DNA from: Vicinamibacterales bacterium
GTDB taxonomy: Bacteria > Acidobacteriota > Vicinamibacteria > Vicinamibacterales > UBA8438
DNA length: 64,000 nt
Direction: 5' to 3'
Assembly: GCA_965116765.1 (NCBI GenBank)
Contig: OZ220718.1
Location: 2,333,633 to 2,397,632, forward strand
Shown piece by piece: positions 57,335 to 64,000 of this stretch. The notes beneath the pieces were generated by a model that did no database searches, was not told where the DNA came from, and saw only the letters and a program-made list of their open reading frames with translations. The translations under genes and the position numbers were made by a program. The first letter of the stretch is position 1, and each line of letters begins with the position of its first letter.

Positions 57335-57709
57335 CGCCGCCTTCCTGATCTCCTGACGCGTCTCGAACATCCTTCGCCCCCAATCGAACAGCGCCGCAAG
57401 CGGCACCACGAATGCCCGGCACAAACGGGTCGCCGCGCCGAAGGCTCAGGGCCGGTCGCTGCCGAAGAGCCGCCTCTCGACCTCCGCAGCGGGTATATTC
57501 CAGGTGGTCGCGATGCGCTCGCGAAGCCGTCGGCGTTCGTCTTCAAGCGCCTCTCGGACCGCCTCCTCAAGCCCCTTCTTGACCCTCTTCCGGACCTCCC
57601 TCTCGACCGCCGCCTTCCTGATCTCCTGACGCGTCTCGAACATCCTTCGCCCCCAATCGAACAGCGCCGCAAGCGGCACCACGAATGCCCAGTACAAGCG
57701 GGTCGCCGC
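57335..57709. repeat. ~102-bp direct repeat (57335-57436, 57608-57709)
   Basis: cgccgccttcctgatctcctgacgcgtctcgaacat...cgggtcgccgc twice. Confidence 0.9.
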
Positions 57710-57847
57710 CGTTTCGAAGCTCTGGTACACCCAGGAGCCCGATTCCGACCAGAGCTCGAGAGTCGCCACGCCGGCGCAACCCACGACGGCGAACCCGAGA
57801 GCCTGCCATCCCATACCCCGTTCCGACGTCGATCCGGCGCTCTCCAT
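57446..57847 (-). CDS. Small hypothetical membrane protein with charged helical tail
   Basis: Two hydrophobic segments, then MFETRQEIRKAAVEREVRKRVKKGLEEA; co-oriented with the upstream operon. Confidence 0.6.
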   Translation of the reverse strand: MESAGSTSERGMGWQALGFAVVGCAGVATLELWSESGSWVYQSFETAATRLYWAFVVPLAALFDWGRRMFETRQEIRKAAVEREVRKRVKKGLEEAVREALEDERRRLRERIATTWNIPAAEVERRLFGSDRP

Positions 57848-57883
57848 CGACGATACGTCGATGCAAGTACGCTGCCACGAGAC

Positions 57884-60800
57884 CTACTCAAGCTCGTCGT
57901 CCTGCCACGGGATGCGGCAGGGCTCGCCGCGGAGATAGCGCGCGAGGTTGGCGGACATGCGCCGCACCGCCGCCGACTGGCCCGCCTCGGCCGCGACGGA
58001 CATCGCGAGGCGCTGCCACTCGACCGCCCCCGCGAACTGCCCCAGCTCGGCGTGGGCCATCGCCATCGTCTCGGCGACGGCGGTGGTCCGGAGGTTCTCG
58101 GCCAGGGCCTGCGCCATCGCCAGCGCCCGGCCGCCGTCGCGCAGCGTGTCGTCGGGGGCGGCCGCGAGGAGGCGGGCCAGCGCGATGGAAAAAGCGGGTT
58201 CCCACGGATGCCGGTCGACCCCGCGGAGCAGGCGGTCGTGCGCCTCGCGATAGCGTCCCAGCTCGACGAGGGCCAGGACCTCGCCGAAGCGGGCGTCGCG
58301 GCGGTCGGCGACCTGCTCGTAGTAGGCGAGGGACGCCGCCTCCCGTCCCGACCGGCGCAGCGCCTCGGCGAGCCGGAAGTGCGCCTCCCCGCCGGTGGGC
58401 GCCTCCCCGCCGGCGGACGCCGCCGACGCGGCCAGCGTGTAGTGGCCGATGGCCTCGTCCACGCGGCCGGCCGCCTCGCGCACGGCGCCGATGGTGAGCT
58501 GCACCCGCGCCGTCAGGGCCGGATCGAGGCGCGCGGCCTCGGCGAGGTACGCCAGCGCCGTCTCGGCGTCGTCGCCCGAGAGGTGCAGGGCCATCCCCAG
58601 GTACCAATTGAGCATGGGGTCGCCCGGCGCGAGGGCGAGGGCCTGCCGGAACCGGGCGAGGGCCTCGGGCCAGTCGCCGACGGCGGCGGCGTCGAGCCCC
58701 CGCGTCCGGTGATCGCGGGGGTCGGCCCGGGCGGGGGCGTCGGACCCGACGGCGCCCCCGCCCAGGTCGAGCGGGGCGAGGGCGACCGGCGTCAGCGCCG
58801 CATCGCCCTCGCGGACCCGATACGCGCGGTCGAGCGCGACGTCGTCGTACACGTCCGTCTCTCCCGTCGCCGGCCAGGTCACGGCCACCCTCCGGACCGC
58901 GGTCGCCGCCCCGAGCCCGATCTCCTGCTGCAGGCTGGAGCCCCCGAAGCTGCCCCCGGCCCCTACGGTGACGTGGATGTCGCGGTCGCCTTCCGGGGTG
59001 ACCACGGCGACTCTGATGCGGGCGCCGATGGCGGCCCGGTTCGAGGCCGCCCCCTCGAGGCGCAGGGTCAGCCAGCGGTTGCCGTGGCCGGGGTTCAGGT
59101 AGAGGGCGTTCGGGAAGGTGTCGCCCTCGAAGGCCCCGCCGGAGACGTGGTACAGGTCCTGATCGCCGTCGGCGTCGAGGTCGCCGAACGAGACCCCGTG
59201 CCCCTTCTGCAGGTGCCCGAAGCCTCCCGACGAGGTGACGTCCTGGAAGCGCTCTCCCCCGGCGTTCCGGAACATCAGGTTGGGGATGAGCATGCGGTAG
59301 TCGGGGTCCCCGGTGCCCAGGTACAGGTCGAGGAACCCGTCGTTGTCGAGGTCGCCGAAGTTCGACCCCATGCCCACCATGAGCCGGTCGAGGCCCACCG
59401 CGGCGGTGACGTCGGTGAACGTGCCGTCGCGATCGTTGCGATAGAGGCGCGGCAGCTGGCCCTGGTGCGGCAGCCCGAGGCGCTCGAGGACGACGTCGGC
59501 CAGCCCCCCGCTGAACCCGCTGACGAAGAGGTCCTCCCACCCGTCGTTGTCGTAGTCGAAGAACCACGTGGGAAAGCTCACCGGGGGACCCTCGACCCCC
59601 GCCTCGGCCGCCGCGTCGCGGAACGACCACGCGCCGCCGGGGCCCGGCCCCTCGTTGCGGAAGAGCAGGTTGGGCTCGTCGGGGCGGAGCCGCGTCACGT
59701 AGAGGTCGAGGCGGCCGTCGTTGTCGTAGTCGCCCCAGACGGCGCCCTTGACGAAGCCGACCACCGCCACCCCGGCCTCGGCCGCGACGTCGGTGAACGT
59801 GCCGTCGCGGTTGTTGCGGAAGAGCCGGGAGGGATACACCGACCCGCCGCCGGGCGCGGCCGCGCCGGCGCCGCCGGGGGGGACCCGCGACTCGTTGCCG
59901 ATGAAGAGGTCGACCCACCCGTCGTTGTCGTAGTCGCCCCACGCCGCGGCCTGGGTCGGGGCCGGCATGAGCAGGCCCGCCGCCTCGGTGACGTCGGTGA
60001 ACGTGCCGTCGCCGTCGTTCCGCAGGAGCGAGTTGGGGTGCCCGGTGTCGAGCCACGCCCCGCGCAGGACCAGCAGATCGAGCGACCCGTCGTTGTCGTA
60101 GTCGGCGTGGATGACGTGGAGGCCGCTGACGAGCCCGTCGAGCCCGGCCTCGGTGGTCCGCTCCGTGAAGGTGCCGTCGCCCTCGTTCCGGAAGTACCGC
60201 AGCTGGTTGGCGTTCTCCCCCTCCGCCACCGCGAACAGGCCGGCCGACGACGCGACGACGTCGAGGCGCCCGTCGCCGTCGAAGTCGTCCATGACGCTGC
60301 CGCCCTTCCGGCCCGCGTCGTCGAGGCCGAGCCGCCCCGCCACGTCGGGGAACCGGCCCACGTCGTGCTCGGCGCGGAACGCCTCGGGCGGCACCAGCCA
60401 CGGCTCGGGCACGTGGAACGGGTACTCGCCGACCATCATGTAGGCGAGATTGAGCAGCCACTGCGCCGCCAGCGCGGTCGACTCGTCGGGCGGATCGCCG
60501 AGGACGCGGGCGTACTCGGCGATGGCCCGCCGGGCCGCGCCGTCGTCCGGGTGCACCGCCTCGCGGCCGACCGGCACCGAGCAGCGGGCGGCGGCGGGCC
60601 CCGAGACGCAGTTGCGCTGCATGGCCACGCGCAGGTGGGACAGGGCGAGGAGCTGCCGCACCGCGCTGACGAACGTGGGCGAGACCGACGGGTCCGCGGC
60701 CGCCTCGCGGAGGACGTCGTCGAACGCCGCCGCCGCCTCTTCGCTCCGGCCGGCGTTGAGCAGGTATCGCGCGATCTCCGACCGGTAGCGCAGCAGGTCG

Positions 60801-61021
60801 GGCGGGAAGACGGGCGGGGTCACCGCGCTCAGGGTCCGCACCCGCATCGAGCCGGCGTAGGGGTTGGTTGCCGCCTCGGCGGAGGCAATCGCCTCGAGCC
60901 GCGCCACCATGGCGGCGGTGCCCGACTCGCCCCCGTCCCGTTGCCCGGCCGCCGACGGGACCGCGACGAGGACGGCGGCGGCCACCGCGAGCCCCGTCCG
61001 GCGGACGACACGCCCCGTCAT
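57884..61021 (-). CDS. CRTAC1/ASPIC-UnbV propeller fused to C-terminal TPR domain
   Basis: Signal peptide, helical N-domain (WLLNLAYM...YP), DYDNDG blades, GHLQKGHG, GGSFGGSSLQQEIGLG, TPR tail ALARLLAAAPD...RDG. Confidence 0.9.
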   Translation of the reverse strand: MTGRVVRRTGLAVAAAVLVAVPSAAGQRDGGESGTAAMVARLEAIASAEAATNPYAGSMRVRTLSAVTPPVFPPDLLRYRSEIARYLLNAGRSEEAAAAFDDVLREAAADPSVSPTFVSAVRQLLALSHLRVAMQRNCVSGPAAARCSVPVGREAVHPDDGAARRAIAEYARVLGDPPDESTALAAQWLLNLAYMMVGEYPFHVPEPWLVPPEAFRAEHDVGRFPDVAGRLGLDDAGRKGGSVMDDFDGDGRLDVVASSAGLFAVAEGENANQLRYFRNEGDGTFTERTTEAGLDGLVSGLHVIHADYDNDGSLDLLVLRGAWLDTGHPNSLLRNDGDGTFTDVTEAAGLLMPAPTQAAAWGDYDNDGWVDLFIGNESRVPPGGAGAAAPGGGSVYPSRLFRNNRDGTFTDVAAEAGVAVVGFVKGAVWGDYDNDGRLDLYVTRLRPDEPNLLFRNEGPGPGGAWSFRDAAAEAGVEGPPVSFPTWFFDYDNDGWEDLFVSGFSGGLADVVLERLGLPHQGQLPRLYRNDRDGTFTDVTAAVGLDRLMVGMGSNFGDLDNDGFLDLYLGTGDPDYRMLIPNLMFRNAGGERFQDVTSSGGFGHLQKGHGVSFGDLDADGDQDLYHVSGGAFEGDTFPNALYLNPGHGNRWLTLRLEGAASNRAAIGARIRVAVVTPEGDRDIHVTVGAGGSFGGSSLQQEIGLGAATAVRRVAVTWPATGETDVYDDVALDRAYRVREGDAALTPVALAPLDLGGGAVGSDAPARADPRDHRTRGLDAAAVGDWPEALARFRQALALAPGDPMLNWYLGMALHLSGDDAETALAYLAEAARLDPALTARVQLTIGAVREAAGRVDEAIGHYTLAASAASAGGEAPTGGEAHFRLAEALRRSGREAASLAYYEQVADRRDARFGEVLALVELGRYREAHDRLLRGVDRHPWEPAFSIALARLLAAAPDDTLRDGGRALAMAQALAENLRTTAVAETMAMAHAELGQFAGAVEWQRLAMSVAAEAGQSAAVRRMSANLARYLRGEPCRIPWQDDELE

Positions 61022-61045
61022 TCGTTCCTCCCGCCCGTCCCGCCG

Positions 61046-62404
61046 TCAGCGCAGCCGCGCCCGCAGCCCGGTCAGCTGCGGGTGGCCGGGGAGAATCGAC
61101 AGCGCCTCGGCGAGCCGCTCGCGCGCCTCATCGACGCGGCCGAGGCCGGCGAGGGCCATCACGTATCCCGTCCACGCGTCCGCGAACCGGGGGTCCGCCA
61201 CCACCACCTGACGGTACTCGGCGAGCGCCGCCTCGGCCCGTCCCGTCACCCGCAACGCGTCGGCGAGGCCGACCCGCGCCTCCAGATAGTCGGGCTGATG
61301 CTCGACCGCCGCGCCGAACCGCTCCGCCGCCTCGAGATGGCGGCCGTCGAGCCGCGCGACCATGCCGAGGCCGAAGTGCGCCCTCGCGAAGTCGGGAGAG
61401 CGGCGGATGGTCTCTTCGAACTGCTCCACGGCGCCCGCCGGGTCGCCCGCCATCATCAACGCCGTGCCCAGCCGGTGCCGCAGGGCGGGGTCGTCCGGGG
61501 CCAGCTCCAGCCCCCGGCGAAACAGGTCCTCCGCCGCCGCCGGCTCCCTGTTCTGCAAGGCCCGGATCCCGCGCATCTCGTAGGTGAGCGGGCTCTCCAG
61601 CACCTCCGAATAGGCGTCCATCAGCGGGTCCGGCACCGCCGCGACGCCGCCGCCGCGCCGGCGCAGGTGCGCCTCGGCCGCGCCGAGGTCGCCGAGCTGC
61701 CGATAGGCCATCGCCAGGGGATAGTGCAGGCTCGTCGCGCGCGCGTCGGCGGACAGCGCACGCGTCAGGTAGTCGACCGCCCGCCCCGCCTCCCCTTTCG
61801 CCAGCGCCGCGCGCCCCATGCCGGCCAACGCCGGGGCGAGGCCGGCATCGAGGGTCAGCGCCCGCATGAACGCCTCCTCGGCCGCATCGGGGCGGCTCTG
61901 GTCGAGCAGGGTGTCGCCCAGCCGGACCAGCGCGGCCGGATCCGTCGGCCGCAGCTCGTGCGCCCGCGCGAAGAGCCCGGCCGCCGCCGCGCGGTCGCCC
62001 TCCACGGCGTGGAGATGGCCGAGATAGTACGGCCAGCGCATCTCGTCGGGCGCGAGGTCCATCGCGCTCGCGAAGCAGTCGGCGGCGGCCTCGTGGTACT
62101 CGACGGCCATGAGCACGAGGCCGAGGTCGCCGAAGGCGTCGGCGAGCTCGACCGGCGGCGTGCCGGCCTCGGCGAGCTTCGCCGCGAGGCCCTCGTGGCG
62201 CTCGCGCACCTGACGCTGGACCGATACGGCCACGCCGGAGAGGTCCGGCAGGACGATCGGCTGCCGCGGGCCGCCCGCCCGCATCGCGCGCCCGTCGCCC
62301 GGGAGACGCGACGCCAGGGCGCTCTCGTCCGGGGCGGCGGCGCAACCGGCCGCGAGGGCCGCGGCGCATGCGAGGAACGCCGCTCCCACCCGGTGTCCGG
62401 TCAT
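61046..62404 (-). CDS. TPR lipoprotein, paralogue of 40543-42201
   Basis: Lipobox AAGC, LPDLSG, RWPYYLGHL, HYPLAMAYR, PDPL. Confidence 0.9.
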   Translation of the reverse strand: MTGHRVGAAFLACAAALAAGCAAAPDESALASRLPGDGRAMRAGGPRQPIVLPDLSGVAVSVQRQVRERHEGLAAKLAEAGTPPVELADAFGDLGLVLMAVEYHEAAADCFASAMDLAPDEMRWPYYLGHLHAVEGDRAAAAGLFARAHELRPTDPAALVRLGDTLLDQSRPDAAEEAFMRALTLDAGLAPALAGMGRAALAKGEAGRAVDYLTRALSADARATSLHYPLAMAYRQLGDLGAAEAHLRRRGGGVAAVPDPLMDAYSEVLESPLTYEMRGIRALQNREPAAAEDLFRRGLELAPDDPALRHRLGTALMMAGDPAGAVEQFEETIRRSPDFARAHFGLGMVARLDGRHLEAAERFGAAVEHQPDYLEARVGLADALRVTGRAEAALAEYRQVVVADPRFADAWTGYVMALAGLGRVDEARERLAEALSILPGHPQLTGLRARLR

Positions 62405-62405
62405 G

Positions 62406-64000
62406 TCAGCCGCCCTCGCCTTCCCGCAGCGTCGTGTAACGGCCGGGGGGAACGTCGCGCCAGGTCTCGCTGCGCCCGCTCGGCCACGTGACCCGCACCT
62501 CGACCGGGGCCGCCGACGCTCCGAGCCCGACCAGGACGCGCGGATCCTGCGCGGAGGCATAGCTGCCGTCGGCGCGTGCGCGGCGCCACACCCGCGAGCC
62601 GTCCTCGATCACCACCTCCACCCGGGCGCCGATCATGTCGCGCGGCGCATCCCCGCCGACGAGCCGCAGGCCCACCCACCGGTTGTCCTCGCCGATTCGG
62701 TTCACGAGCAGCCGCAGCGGGCCGGCCCCGTTGCCGACCACCACGTCGACGTCGCCGTCGTTGTCGACGTCGCCGAACGCGGCGCCCCGGCTGACCTCCG
62801 ACAGGCGGAACACCTCGCCCGCGCGGTCCGTCACGTCGTCGAAGCGCCCGTCGCCCCGGTTGCGGAACAACAGGTTGCGCTGCTGCAGGGGAAACGGGTT
62901 GTCCGGCCCCAGCAGGTCCATGTCGCGGGTGACGTGGCCGTTGACGGAGAACAGGTCCAGCCAGCCGTCGTTGTCGAAGTCGAGCCACGCGGTCCCGAAG
63001 CCGGTATAGGGCAGGCTGGGCAGACGTATGAACGCCTGCATGCTCCGCTCCTCGAACAGGCCGGAGCCGTCGTTGACGTAGAGGGTGCTGCCCTGACCGA
63101 TGAGCTCGGTGACGAACAGGTCCTCGTCGCCGTCGTTGTCGAAGTCGCCGGCGTCGACGCCCATGTCCGCCTTGGCTTCCCCGCCGGCCCCCAACGCCGC
63201 CCCCCACAACGGCGCCCGGTTGACGAAGGTGCCGTCGCCGCGGTTGATCCAGAGCTGGTTCTCCTGCTGATCGTTGGCGACGAAGATGTCCGTCCAGCCG
63301 TCGTTGTCGAAGTCGGCCGTCGACACCCCGAGGGCCGGGCCGAACTCCCAGGCGACGCCGGCCTCCGCCGTCACGTCGACGAAGGTGCCGTCGCCGCGAT
63401 TGCGATACAGGCGATCGGGCTGGGCGCGATAGACCTCGGGCGGGCAGTAGTCGGGAGGTCCCGAGCGGTTGAAGCACGGGACGTGGGTGTCGAGGCTGAA
63501 GCTCAGGTAGTTGCCGACGAAGAGATCCAGCCACCCGTCGCGGTCGTAGTCGAGAAAGGCGGCCGACACCCCCCAGCGGTCGGGATCGTGGGTGCCGCTC
63601 TCCTCCGACACGTCCGAGAACGTCCCGTCGCCGTTGTTCCGGAACAGCCGGTTGCGCTCGAATCCCGTCAGGTAGAGGTCGACCCAGCCGTCGTTGTCGT
63701 AGTCGCCGGCCGCGGCCCCCATGCCGTGCCCGCCCGCGTTCAGCCCGCTCCCGGCCGACACGTCGGTGAACCGCAGCCGGGGGCCGTCCGGCGACGGCTC
63801 CAGATCGTTGCGGTAGAGGCGGTCGGTGAGGGGGCCTTCCGGCGGCGGGATCAGCGGGTCGCCGCCTCCCAGCGTGCGCCCCTGCGTCACGTGGACGTCG
63901 AGGTCGCCGTCGTTGTCGTAGTCGAGCAACGCCACGCCGGGGCCCATGATCTCGGTCTGATGGAAGTCGCCCGTCATGCCGTTGAAGTGCACGAAGTCGA
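62406..64000 (-). CDS. CRTAC1/ASPIC-UnbV protein, N-terminus beyond window; paralogue of 42422-44239
   Basis: DFVHFNGMTG, LTDRLYRNDL, SLPYTGFG, SRGAAFGDVDNDGD, GSYASAQDPRVLVGLG. Confidence 0.92.
   Translation of the reverse strand, partial: DFVHFNGMTGDFHQTEIMGPGVALLDYDNDGDLDVHVTQGRTLGGGDPLIPPPEGPLTDRLYRNDLEPSPDGPRLRFTDVSAGSGLNAGGHGMGAAAGDYDNDGWVDLYLTGFERNRLFRNNGDGTFSDVSEESGTHDPDRWGVSAAFLDYDRDGWLDLFVGNYLSFSLDTHVPCFNRSGPPDYCPPEVYRAQPDRLYRNRGDGTFVDVTAEAGVAWEFGPALGVSTADFDNDGWTDIFVANDQQENQLWINRGDGTFVNRAPLWGAALGAGGEAKADMGVDAGDFDNDGDEDLFVTELIGQGSTLYVNDGSGLFEERSMQAFIRLPSLPYTGFGTAWLDFDNDGWLDLFSVNGHVTRDMDLLGPDNPFPLQQRNLLFRNRGDGRFDDVTDRAGEVFRLSEVSRGAAFGDVDNDGDVDVVVGNGAGPLRLLVNRIGEDNRWVGLRLVGGDAPRDMIGARVEVVIEDGSRVWRRARADGSYASAQDPRVLVGLGASAAPVEVRVTWPSGRSETWRDVPPGRYTTLREGEGG

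Noticed and set aside
55436-62491. Giant ORFs (2351 aa here; also 12098-17290, 32926-36408, 44028-46826, 47770-51807)
   Set aside because: Shadow or antisense frames of real genes in very high-GC DNA; Arg/Pro/Ala-rich with no motifs.
28913-64000. Enediyne or other biosynthetic cluster (UnbV association)
   Set aside because: No PKS/NRPS, thioesterase or recognisable precursor peptide in the window.

Overview
Very GC-rich bacterial window. Gene content suggests Acidobacteriota, Vicinamibacteria-like and possibly host-associated (inference): ADOP-type permease, DUF5916 barrels, carboxypeptidase-regulatory-domain TonB receptors, ASPIC/CRTAC1 propellers, Sel1/TPR proteins. The left 28 kb holds a ydbS/ydbT-like pair, a stand-alone RNA ligase, two DUF5916 genes, a gluconate-2-dehydrogenase-like pair, OmpA, a PspA/CesT/K-channel/DUF350/lipoprotein/DUF4178 operon converging on a membrane aminopropyltransferase plus amine oxidase, a PQQ dehydrogenase and a 14-repeat Sel1 lipoprotein. 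The right 35 kb (28.9 kb to the window end) is one modular cell-envelope locus. It contains three paralogous ~1150-aa TonB-dependent receptors, each preceded by a small beta-barrel gene (two intact, each with a sigma54 -24/-12 promoter, and one reduced to a 3' remnant) and followed by a related terminator. It also contains four FG-GAP/ASPIC propellers paired with or fused to related TPR proteins, a heme-c/Cu-monooxygenase/TPR fusion and a GT-C/TPR protein. Its middle is scarred by an internally deleted P4-like integrase, three copies of a TPR gene 3' end (att-like), an orphan Rpn C-terminal gene and a deleted operon duplicate. Intergenic DNA carries MITE-like elements and short tandem duplications. 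Two gene disruptions look like long-read errors. No rRNA, tRNA or CRISPR array was seen. All family assignments are by motif recognition, without database searches.
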